DNA from: Paramecium tetraurelia
Taxonomy: Eukaryota
Assembly: GCA_000165425.1 (NCBI GenBank)
Contig: CT868285.1
Coordinates: 124,001-188,000 of the forward strand
DNA length: 64,000 nt
Direction: 5' to 3'
Part shown: positions 52,267 to 64,000 of the stretch, one piece after another
How the letters are laid out: each line of letters starts with the position of its first letter
Numbering within the stretch: position 1 is the stretch's first letter
The notes under the pieces: generated by a model
Seen by the model: only the letters and a program-made list of their open reading frames with translations
Databases searched by the model: none
Told to the model about the DNA's origin: nothing
Translations under genes and position numbers: made by a program

Positions 52267-54912
52267 TCATTTAGATTTATATTACATATTTTTGAATGTA
52301 TCCTCAAGAATAGTATTTAGTTCATGTACTCCTAAATCTAAAAATATTTATATTATTTACCATGAAAATATTCATTGTAGCTTTGGAAATATGATTTCTC
52401 ATTAAATATTGTTGAGTCCCTCAAAGGTTTTTAATATCTGAGTACTACAAATACAAAGAAATTGGCAATTTATTATCGGAAAAACAAGAAACTGGTAAAT
52501 GATAAAATACAGGTTCCATATCCTAAAAATGTCCATAGAGTGGAAACAGTCGAGTATTGATTTATTAGCTAAGAATAAATTATTGTTAAATACTGAGCCA
52601 TCTGACCCTATATGTTATGTTGTATTTGTGAAGGTAACCACGTATATGTAACAATATATAGGAATCATAATTACTTAATAAGTTAGGATTAAATATTTTT
52701 AAAGTTAAAAGGTAAATAGTTTGTCATAATGGTATTCATTCAACACACTATATTTATCATAGTAGAAGAAAAAGACTTGTAATATTAAGCACCATAAAAT
52801 CATAATGGGATTAAAAAATATCATCATCATCCCTGAGCTATAAATAAATAAAATATAAAATAATCTGCTTCTAATCGGAAAAAGAGGAGGAGTGAGTAAA
52901 TCATTTAATTGTTTTTGAAAATATTAAGTTGGTTTGAAATTCTTCTATATTTTCTTTTTGAGAGAGTTGAATTTGACAGTTCTTAAATGAAAAAAGTGAA
53001 TTATCCCTTTAGAAATGAGTCTCACTTAAGCTAATTTGCTTACAGCCAACACAACAGCAATACTATTCAAAGCAGAATGTTTTTGTAAGATACTTAGCAC
53101 AAAAATGAATGGGAAAGCCAAAATACAGACTTATTGAATGGGTGACATAAAAGTAATAATATTCTTTTCCTATAAGGAATAGGTAGATCTTTATGATCTC
53201 TTAGTCATAAAGATAACTAATACAGTTGAAAAGACAGAAAGGAATACAGTAAATAATGTCATTACTATCACAATTAAGCTACTAACCCAGCCATCTTATC
53301 TTTTCAAGTGTTATTCCATGATAAAAAGCATTTCAAAAAGTGCCATAATTATGATACCAACAAACAATGTTATGCATGTGGTTATAAGTCGTAAAAAGAA
53401 TCTTTTCAATGTATGCATACCAATATGCTCCCAAAAGATATCATCTTATCGAAATCCTCTCTGCAAGTGTAACCCTTTCTTCTCATCAATAGTAGATTAT
53501 TACATAGTCATTTCTTATTATTCATCATTTTCAGGTAGATGTAAAAGATCAATTATACTCTATTTCAACTTTGCCTTTAGTTCTGAGGGTTAGTTGAACA
53601 GTTCCGATTAACTTCTTACCATTTCTTAGAGATCGGATTATTGAGATATCATAGAGGATTTTGAGCTGTTAGTTTGAGATTACTCTAGTAATTGTGCCTG
53701 TAATTCAAATTTATCCTTTTAGAACTCTTAATAGTTTTATGCAGATTCTTTAATAGTTTCAATTCTTTAAAGTATGTTATTGAAAAATGATTTATCGTAA
53801 AACTTGTAAACCAAATTAGTTACTGATTCTGAATTGAATTTCAAAATCACTTTTTAAGTAAAGGGTAAACCATATTATAATGTTTTTTAAATATCCCTTG
53901 TTTATTTTATTAACTAAAATACTAAATCAATCAATTATCCTTTTAATTCTAATTTTGGATTCACTTTAAGTTCATTAACTATTTATAAGCTTTTTAAGTA
54001 AGTCTCCTTTCTTTTTTCGTTTAAAACCTTTATTGGATGGATGTCATAAATATACACAATCTCTTCTATAAATTTACCTCCAATTTTATCCTTGTATTTA
54101 CTGGCAATAGCATTCTGAATATATAATTATAATTCTTGTTCATTGAACTTTTTAGGGATATGTTTGATGTACAGAGTTAATTTTGGGATACGAATGTGAT
54201 TCAAAGAATCATAATTCCAATATTTGATTTGTTACAACCTCAGTAAGACTTCATGCATCAGAGGTGTCATCATCATAATAAGATAGGCTACATATCCTAG
54301 GATGTAGAAAGTGGTTTGTTCCCCATAATTCTTGTTGATAATCTCTTCCTGATTAAAATTATATAATAAGAAATGCTAAGCAGCCAAAAAGGAGGTGCAA
54401 TATTATTCATGAAGCTGATTTTCAGTGAAATTCTTAAGATTAAGTTATCCGCAATATTTATCTGATAAATAGCAATAATAAATTCCGAAAATGCAGCCTA
54501 TTGCTAAGAGAATGAAAAAATGCAATTTAATAATAGAGAAATACAAGGGTATACTTATTCCAAATTCTCCTGCAAAAATGCTATACATATCACACGTAAA
54601 TATATTATATCTCTTCCTCCTAATCATTTATCCACAACAATCACAATTAATTACTTTGGGGTTCTCTTTCAGAAATTTTTTATCCGGATGGATATAAAAA
54701 CTCTAAGAATGTATTATAGCCTTTTCTATAGAAGATGGGTATTCAAAATTTCTAGTTTGAGGCATGTTAATCTATTCCACCCATGAATCTACGTCTTCGA
54801 GTGTTAGTAATTGTTTTATTTTACGAACTGAAAATCGATCAGTATCTTAATTTTACGAGTTTCTGTTCCTATGAGCTTCATTAAAATCTAGTATATCAAT
54901 TTATTCAGCCAT
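52267..54912 (-). CDS. OSCA/TMEM63 (CSC1)-like multipass cation channel
   Basis: CDCCG motif then EFGISIPLYFSIIK..FILL; TLYIKHIPK; DDIFWEHIG (compare P.DIIWENL); multiple TM segments; FFYYDKYSVL. Confidence 0.7.
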
Positions 54913-55099
54913 TATTAAATTTATGGATTAGAAGAATCTATTCAATAACTTATTATAATAAATTAAAATGAATCATTATAAGCACTAATATTTGATTTAA
55001 AGCAATTCAATGAACAAGTCATTATTGAGATAATCTAATATGTAATCATCGATGAAATAATTGGATTATAATTATAAAAATTAGAATTATATATATTTT

Positions 55100-57369
55100 C
55101 AAATATCTAATGATTTTGTATTGGGGATCAATTTCTAACAACACAATTCTCTCTCAAAAAATGAAAAAGTTCAATTAACATTATAGAATTCTATTGTATT
55201 TATAAACTTCCTTATATGGAACAAAATAAAAAATAATCAGTTTTCTTAGTTGGATGGTTAAATGAATGGTTTTTTAACTTTATTAAATACTATTCCAGAC
55301 CTTTTTAAATATAGAATCTACTCTAATTTCAAAGAGTCTGTGTCTTCAAACATTATAATCTTTTGCTCCTGCTCTACTTTAATCATAATCAAATGACATA
55401 CATATCATAACATCTCCAAAAGAGCTCTATTTTTTGCTCTGACTTTTATGCGATTCCAAGTCCTCCATTTTTTTTTGACTCTAAAATTTGGAGTGCTGAC
55501 ATTCTTTAGGCACTGATCTGGATATTTTTTTTTATGATGAGTTTTTAGCTAAAGAATTTATTGATCTGTTAGATTTATTAGTTTTTTAAGAATTTCTTTA
55601 ATATAGAGATTTAATATCATTGGTATGAATTGAAAAATCCAATTAAAACTCTTTACTTCTATCATTGGATTATTCAGACTATTTAATACTTTTCATTGAT
55701 TGTCTATGACACTTATCCAATTCAAGTCCACTTAACATTTAGTTTGATTTATAATTAGTTTCTGAAGTCTGACGTGAATGATGTAGAATATAAGGACTGT
55801 CTAAAATATCTTAGCAGCTTATTCTATCCTCAATTTTATATTCAATCATCTTTTTTATTAAGTATTTCAAATCTGGATTAACATCTTACCAAGGAGGCTT
55901 TTCAAAATTAACTTGGCATTTTCTATTTAACTCCAAGATTTATGTGGCAGTTGGTGCTTTAAATGGCATATATCCAGCAACAATCTTTATTTATTAAATT
56001 AATAGATACCAAATACATAATTACACCCAAACTAAAGATATCACTTTTAGCAGTATAAGGGATTTATCTGAATATTTCTGGAGGTAGAAAACCAGGAGTT
56101 CCTGCCTAACTTACCAATTATTTTTCATTAATAACTTCAGAGAAGCCAAAATCAACTAATTTAATTTATAAATAGTCTTTTGATTCTAACATAATATTTT
56201 CTAATTTGAGATCTCTATGTACAAAATTCAATCTATGCATCTCATATAGAGCATCACATAATTACTTTAACATGTAAGCATAGTGCTTATCGTTAAATTT
56301 AACTTTTAATTTCACATATGAGTATAATGTTCCTCCAGCACAATATTCCATTATTAATATCAATCTATCTTTTTCTTAGATAACCTCATAAAGTTTCATA
56401 ATATTTTAATGATCAACATTTTTAAGAGTTGTAATTTCATTGTAAACCATTGACTAACCTATATTTAAATAAATATCTTTACAAGCAATCTATCTTTGTG
56501 TGAATGATCGTCATAAAACTATTTGAAATAGGTTTTTGCAGCAAAATACTTTTCATCTCTTTTCCTACTTACCTTATAAACTGATGCAAAAGCACCACTT
56601 CCTAGTAATTCTAATTATTCATACAACACATTAAACCCTCTCATTAAACAAAATTATTGAATGCATTCTCCTAATTTTAATGTTTGATCAATTAAATGAT
56701 CAAAAATAGTAATTCCAATGCCTTAATTCCTTTCTAAATACAACACTGGTAATTATAGATTTCTTTTTGTCTTTTGAAAACTTACAACTATTCTGATCTT
56801 CATATTCAATTATAGGAAGCCTTTTGGTAGTGTGTCTGATTCCTTATTATGTAATTAATTTATACTTTCTTATAGTACATTAGTAAACCACAACTCGTCA
56901 ATCTATAAAAATAACCCTTGACAATCTTTTTTTTTTTTCCAATTCTTAACATATTACCTGCAAAAATGTATTCATCAAATACCCAATTCTTTTCCATGTC
57001 TTTATTTGCTCTTCTATCCCAAAATTACTTAATTAATGGATCATTCCTGATTTTGAAAAGTGGCCAATTAAAGTCACTCTCAGGTTTTGTTAAAGTAAAA
57101 GTTGGTTTTTTCATAACAGTTGGTTTCCTAAATATATTACCATAAAAGGAATCATTTTTCATTGTTGGAGTTCGAGATTATTATACACTATCATTATGAC
57201 ATGATTGCTGCATCTATCTTGAAAAAGTCTATGTTCTTGGGATATTCTCTAATGCCAAACCCATGCTATTCTTCTTAGCTAGTAATGGCAGAGCAGAGAC
57301 ACCATTACGAAATATAGTTTATTGAAGTGGAATGGACTGATCAGTCTCAATCACTAAATTTTTCTTCAT
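55100..57369 (-). CDS. Ser/Thr protein kinase (CAMK-group, with probable PH-like region); 3' end approximate
   Basis: LGSGAFASVY, FAAK, HRDLKLEN, LVDFGFS, AGTPGFLPPE, GDIFSLG. Confidence 0.88.
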
Positions 57370-57949
57370 TAATTTAATTAAATTACTTAAACACTGAAAT
57401 ATATATATATACATTATAATATTGGAAATAATCTCTTTACTATTAAATTGATCATAGATGGTGGCATATCATGATGAAACGCAAACACCAGGCTTCTTAG
57501 TTTGGTCAGGAGTTCTTTAATAATTATCTAAAATTCCTCAATACATCAATTTCAAAGACTCAAAAAATATTTTATTGGTAAATATAGTTTTTATCAGAAT
57601 TTGGATTAGATAATATTTATTTAAAATTAAACGTTTTTAAAGTCATCTTTTTTCTTTAGTTCGTTAGTTATTTAAGCGATCATTATCTTAAAACCTTATG
57701 AACTTTTATAATTCTATTGGAACTACTTTCTAAACTAATTGGAATGAAAGACAAGATTTATGATATTTGTATGACATCTTATAATCTTAATCCGAGTATA
57801 ATCATACAATACTACGATGAATCGATCACGATAATGAAACCGATTGAAATAATATATCTATTTTTTTGTATTTATAGTATAAGAATTAATTATGAATAAT
57901 TTTTGAGATCAAACCATGGTTATTCTGAATCCACACTCCTTGCATTTTG

Positions 57950-58320
57950 ATTGATAAAAATAATTTTCTGTCCTGCAGATTGTACAAATTTTCATAAAAT
58001 TAAAGTTCTTGTTGACCGTTTCTTGTTAGCTCTATGTTAAATTCTCTAAGAAAAGAGCTTAATGAAAGACTGTATAATCCTGAGTCTTGCTTCCAACACT
58101 ATCTGTAGTACTGTGTCCACTGCCTGTAAGATCAGGTTCTGAGAGCTTCAGGGAATCAATTATATTTGGTTGTTCTAACGGAATGAATTTTGTTCCTGGA
58201 GCATCTCTTGTGAAGGTTTAGCATCGATTACAATATTTACGAAATGAATAATTCAAGTTTTTGCATCCGATGCAAATCCAGTCTAATGGTTTGTTTTACA
58301 TTTTATCTTTGTAATAAATG
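57950..58320 (+). pseudogene. Possible remnant of a Cys-rich surface/secreted protein gene
   Basis: Locally raised GC with Cys-rich fragments in shifting frames (CPADCTNF; SCEGLAS; FCIRCKSSLMVCFTFYLCNK). Confidence 0.3.
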
Positions 58321-58589
58321 AAATTATCCTAAATAATAAAATGTGAAATATTTATAGTGAGTTAGTTTATAAGACAAAACAATTCATTTGCATGCCATTT
58401 TGTCATCATATCTTCATAATACAATTTAATATTCATAAGTTGATTTATAGGATATTATCAATATGTATTGAGAAGGTCATCACAAACCCCTCCAAATCCG
58501 AGCAACTTGTTTTCTTCGTTCTTATAAACACTATTTTTATCAAATCTTTAGTAGGATATTAACAAAAACGCTTTAACCTTGTACTTCCA

Positions 58590-59237
58590 TTAACGTGTCA
58601 TAATAAAATATAAATGAAAATTTATTCTCATTTTTTTTTAAATATTCCTTTATTATTCCATTTTTAATATCCATATAGCTAATCTGTTTCATCTAAATTT
58701 ATAATTAAGACCTCCATTTCAATTACTGAAATTATTATGAAGTCCTCTTGTCCCAAATGCATTATTATCTTATTGAGCAATAATTGTTTTTGAAATTGTT
58801 TTTGATTTTTTGATTTAACCCTGAGTAATATCAAATGAATTCAGATCCCATAAACAAGACCTTAAAAATTGCCATTATTCATATCACCTAAATATTAAAA
58901 ATGCAAATACTTGTATGATTCCATGCTCTCTTATTTTTTGCGCTTTTAAATAAATATGCTTACAATATCTTGGATAAAATCTACATATTTGACTTTTATC
59001 TCTTTGTTGTATATTTAAATTATATCTACATTCTATGCTTGATTCAACAGGAAATGTTTCTTTCTATAGGTATTGAAATAGAAACTAATGGTTTTGGATA
59101 TGGACAAGTTTAATTTCGTTATTAGTATTGTTATTCTTATTATTATATTTACTTTAAAGTATCTTTCTATTTTGAAGGAAATTTTCTAATAATTTAAAAT
59201 TGTTACTTTTATTTATCATTTCTTTAGAAATTATCAT
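58590..59237 (-). pseudogene. Hypothetical or decayed multi-intron gene
   Basis: Several canonical-looking tiny introns (e.g. gtatttgcatttttaatatttag), but no stop-free splice path was found by eye. Confidence 0.25.
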
Positions 59238-59741
59238 TCTTAAATCAAATTATCAAATATAATTAGATTTTTAAAATATCTTTATTATATTATCGTACTT
59301 ATTTTTGTTTACTTTTACAATAAAATATGATTTAAATTCCCTTTATTATCTTCATATTATCAAGTGAATTATCAATTTAGATAATTAGCCATTTAATCGC
59401 AATCTGAATGTTCTTCCTTCTATTTTTTATTTGAAAGAACAAATTTAATTTCCTAGTTTTTTTAATCTTATTATAATATACCAAAGTTATTTATTTAGAG
59501 AGTTGAAATCATTAATTTAAATTATTATTATCCTGATAGATAATACTAATATATAATTGTTTCCTATTAATTTAGATTAAAAATATTATAAGTATAAACT
59601 TAAGTCATATTAAATTCAAACTCCAAGTTTCATTTTTCTTTATGTTTAAATTCTTCCTCTAAATTCCTTACAAAAACTTAAATAAAATAGTAAAGTTTAC
59701 ATTTTCCTTATAATATTTGATATATATATATTATTATTAAA

Positions 59742-61304
59742 TCATACTAAGATTATTTTCTTTTTTTTTTATATTTAATCTACTATCATACAGTCTTCTT
59801 CTTCACTTGGATCTAAACTGACACCTCCAACATGATTTGTAAATTCAAAACTTGTTTTTTAAAATTAATCTTAATCAAATTCTGGTTCATCATAGGTTTA
59901 TTCATGAGAACTTAATCCTAAATCAATTTAAATGTCTACTATGGAATCCACCCTTTCATTATCTTAAAAAACATTTATTCCTTCTAAATTTGGAATTTCC
60001 GCTGAAAGATAAACTGCCAATACATATGTCCACATACATATCATGACTTAATAGAAGGGCTTTCTTGAACTGCAATTCTATTATACAATCATACATTTAT
60101 TGAATAAAATGTTAGCATAATAAACTAGGAACTCATAATCTACTTTATTTTTTAATGCAGATATTTGTTAATCAGGAATTTAATAGAATTTAATTCCTTT
60201 TTTTAGTCTTCCAAATTATAGTTTTTTTTAGCTGAATATAAGAACTAATCTTTGATTCTTTTCGCTGTGATAATACATTTAATTCTCTTAAATAAAGGCT
60301 GAATAACCTCCATCTATATTATTTTAAATGTCATTCATTACATCTTAATTTAAGTCATTTTCTGATAAAGTTGTTAACATAATGCTACATTGCATTTCAT
60401 TGATTTTATATGAATTCGTACACTTATAATTCTTCTTCCTTTTCAATGATCCTTGAGTATAGTTAATAGCCTGTCCGCAAAAAGCTTTTAATGAATAAAG
60501 CACTTCTAATACAAAATCGTGTTATTCACCAAATAAATTAACAATTCTTCCTTTTTTCTTGTCTAATCTAAAGAAATCTAAAATTGGGAACATTATTGCC
60601 TTCATTTCTGTTGTAAATTTGACTAATTACTCACAGAAAAAGTTATCTGAACTAGATAATTATTCTAAAATAGCTGGACCACACATATCTATCTTAGGAA
60701 ACCACGTAGTTTTTGATAGATCAAATTCGATTGATTTTTCTTCCTTTAGCATTGGCATTCTCCTTAAATCACATGTAATATTTGTCATTGTATTTAATGT
60801 TTAAGCAAAAAACGGTCGGATTGGCATATATTATTCATATAATTTGAGAATTTCTAAATTCAAACATGGTTCTCTCTCTAAATATCTCCATGCAACAGGC
60901 CATTTCTTATTTTTTAAGTCCAGCTCCAAACTACTAGATTTCTTTCTCATTGATCTCCAAAATTTCATTCTCACTTATTTTCCTTTAGATTCATCATGAA
61001 AAACATCATATGCAACCTTAATCCAAAATTCCATACTCACTCTTTTTTTCTTTAAGAAATCACAAATGCATATCTTAAATATGTCAGAATCCAAAGTGGT
61101 ATCTATTATACCGGATAATCTAAATTATTTGAAGGAATCCCATTGTTAAAGCATTTATTTATCATTGTTTAGTCTTTATGGGTTTGGTTGATATTTTTTT
61201 TACAATAATTTTACATAGAGGTCTAAATCCTCTTTAAAAGTGTCATCGAGGCTTCTAGTCATCTATCTAAGTTGAAAGAACTTTCTATTCATGTTTTTGT
61301 TCAT
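59742..61304 (-). CDS. Hypothetical protein of about 510 aa
   Basis: Long frame MNKNMNRKFFQLRQMTRSLDDTFKEDLDLYVK...KWPVAWRYLEREPCLNLEILKLYEQYMPIRPFF, with an acidic tail ending KKKKIILV*. Confidence 0.7.
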
Positions 61305-61434
61305 AAATCAATTAATTACCATCTTTTGTATACATAGAGATTTATATACATATACATATATCTCTAAATTTTGATATAATAATGAATTAAAAACGTTTAA
61401 ATATAAATAATAATATATTCGAACAACAATCTTG

Positions 61435-64000
61435 TCACTACATTTTGGAGTAGCATTAGTAAAGTTTGGCATAAAGTTATGTAAGTAACTCAATTTAATG
61501 TTAAATTTTTTTCTGTTCATTTTACACTTGCAATCTAATTAAAAATTATATATACAAATATTTATCGGATTCTTATGTGCTTCTTTATTTTAATAAGTCA
61601 ATTCTCTCTAAATTTTAAAGTTAAGCTTTCAATTATTAAGCTAATTTTTTGTTTTCTGAATCCTTATTAGTTTTCTCCAACTTTTTTAGAAACTATTGCA
61701 TCTTCTCTGTATCCTTTGATTCGCAATTCAACTCCGGAATAATCAATCCTGGCTTGCTCAATAATTTGTTCCATTAAATCCCTAACACTTATATTTCAAT
61801 GATACCTCTAAAGAATTTATGATTTTTTATTTCTTCAATAGATTTATGCCCAATTCTCTTGTTGAAGTCAGGTTCCAACAATTGTACAATTAGATCATAT
61901 GCTTATTCTGAAATACAATCCTCTCCTTCTCCAATTTAAGGCCATTCAATTCGCATATTCAAAATGTTATCAAAGATCTTATCAACAGTATCATCATTAA
62001 AAGGAGCAATACCACAAAGCAATTCGTACATTATAATACCTAAACTCCAGTAATCTGAACTAAAATTGCTGATGGAAGTTCCTAATATGATTTCAGGCGC
62101 AATATAATCTGGAGTTCCAACAATCCTTTTGATATTGAATTTAATTACTTTTTCGTCTTACTTCCTTACTTCTCCACTAAAATTGATTCTACCTTTTTCA
62201 GTTATTTATAGACAGGCTAATAAGCTTATTGATCACTGATTTGTTCCACGCAAGTGGGTATCTCAGTAGAAGTCAGCTTTTCTTTTAATTTCAATCTGCT
62301 ATTCACTCCTTATTCGGATAGACCAAAATCAGCTAGTTTAGAATGTCCTTAACAATCTAATAAAATGTTTTCTGGCTTTAAATCTCTATGCACTATATTT
62401 TATTGTCTTAAATATTCTAAAGCCAATACTATTTCAGCCATATAGTGTTGAACATAAAATTCATCCAGTGCCTAGTAAAATAATAATAGAGTCTACCGTG
62501 TATTGTTTCAAAATGCTTGCTAGATCTCCTCCCATCATATATTCTTATACAAAACACAGATATTGTTCATGAACAAATGAAAAGTAGGCTTTGACAACAA
62601 AACTACTATTTAAAATTTCGAAGATGTTTCTTTCAGCCTTTAATTATTCAAGAAATGCTTCTAAGTTCTATGATAGAATGTTAAATTACTCTTTAAGCGC
62701 AGTCAATTATTTTCAAAGCATAGAGATCTCCTGATCCTTTCTTTTTAACTAAAAAGACCCAACCATAAGCTCCTTTTCCTAATAGCTTTATGAATTCAAA
62801 ATCTTTAACTCCAACTTTTGAGGTTTCATTTAATTAAGGAGAAACAGTTTTTATTAAGTTGGAGTCAGAATGATAACCTTTATCTATCAAAATTTCATCG
62901 ATCGTATTTTCTTAAAGAACCATGGGAGACTTACATACTTAATTTTCAAAGAATTTGCTTTTTCTTTGTTAATTTTTACCAACTAATTGGGCTTTGTCAA
63001 TTTCTTAAGATTAGAAGCTTAATTTCTTCTTTTTTCTTTATTTTTTAACAGGTGCTTAATTAGCAACTTCGTTATTATTAGAATTTCCAGATTCCATACT
63101 AGATATGTTTGATGAATTTTCACTATCTTTTATAGATTATTTTTGAATTTCAATTTTTTTTGGGTATTTTTATTTTTCTTCTTTAATTTCTTCTAAATTT
63201 TGAGGTTTTTAATTTTTCATCAGGAGAGGTTGTATGGTTGCTTTGAATTGTGACAGTTTTAATAAAGAATTTTAAATTGTATCTTTGGATTATGTGATTT
63301 CACTAGTTGATTATTTTTTTGTTTATTCCACTTTAAGATCACTAATTGAAGAATTAATTGATTAATTTACTTCAGTTTAACAAAAATAACTTGGTTTCAT
63401 TTAAGTTAAAGCAGATGATTACTTAATTGATTTAGGTGATTCAGATCCATCGCTTAATTTAAAGATGGAAGAATTCATTTTGAATGCTTTTCTTTGAGTT
63501 CCAAGTTTTTGTGGTGATTAAAGTTAAGGTGACTATGGTGAATCATCTTCTTCTTATATAGGATCTGTAGATATTCTTTAAGAAGGGGAAGGGGAATTCT
63601 GAAATTTAGGCATCCTAAATGATATTGAATTAGATTTAGTGAATGCTCTTTTAATCTTAGTAATATTGTCTTAATTTTGATTAGGTGATCCTTCGATTGA
63701 ATTATTAATGATATTCTCTTTTTTTTTTTAAAAATCAAGTCTATCCAATAAGCATTTATGAGTTGCATTAATAATCGACAAAGTTTCTTGGCTTTCAATA
63801 CATTAAATTGCATTAACTATGTCATTTAACAGTACTAAAGTCTCTATTAATAAAGCTCATGATAAGTTATTACATTTAGTATCTTCAACTTCAGCAGCAT
63901 TATTTAATGTTTTTTCAGCAAAGTTAATAATTTACGTCATAATGTTGACTATGTTGTTCAATTCTTATTGATATTCATTTTAATTATCTTCATCCTCATC
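61435..64000 (-). CDS. AGC-group kinase, MAST/Greatwall/Rim15-like; 5' part lies outside the window
   Basis: [44 protein letters not shown] + insert + [29 protein letters not shown]. Confidence 0.9.

Noticed and set aside
61308..61520. 70-aa minus-strand ORF in the track
   Set aside because: It is an off-frame overlap of the kinase's last exon and 3' UTR.
1..64000. Transposons, telomeric repeats or viral insertions
   Set aside because: I saw no transposase, RT or integrase motifs, terminal inverted repeats, or C4A2/C3A3 arrays; short degenerate elements could be missed by eye.

Overview
This is eukaryotic ciliate DNA, most likely Paramecium macronuclear sequence. It is very AT-rich, TAA/TAG read as Gln with TGA the only stop, introns are tiny (about 21-30 nt, GT..AG) and genes are tightly packed. 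The supplied ORF track uses the standard code, so it shows only exon fragments and antisense shadows. I retranslated by hand with the ciliate code; internal splice sites and a few ends are approximate. The window holds about 27 protein genes, one tRNA-Ser(GCT), a 150-N gap and several probable decayed gene remnants. Recognisable genes include CFAP221, a DNAJC11-like J-protein, an SOS1-type Na+/H+ antiporter, a secreted Pro/Glu-repeat LamG-like protein, a FYVE/TBC-like/CaaX protein, PI synthase, RRP42, an IP3R-type Ca2+-release channel, CCDC97, RPC40, a NUDIX hydrolase, V-ATPase subunit c, an EGF-TM-RING protein, an OSCA/TMEM63-like channel and five kinases. I see no mobile element, CRISPR array or clearly new multi-gene system. 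The best leads are two paralogous pseudokinase-kinase genes with DFD/YDPPE motifs, an IP3R-like channel with a GALGS pore filter, two apparent frameshifts, and intergenic spacers of only 7-24 bp.
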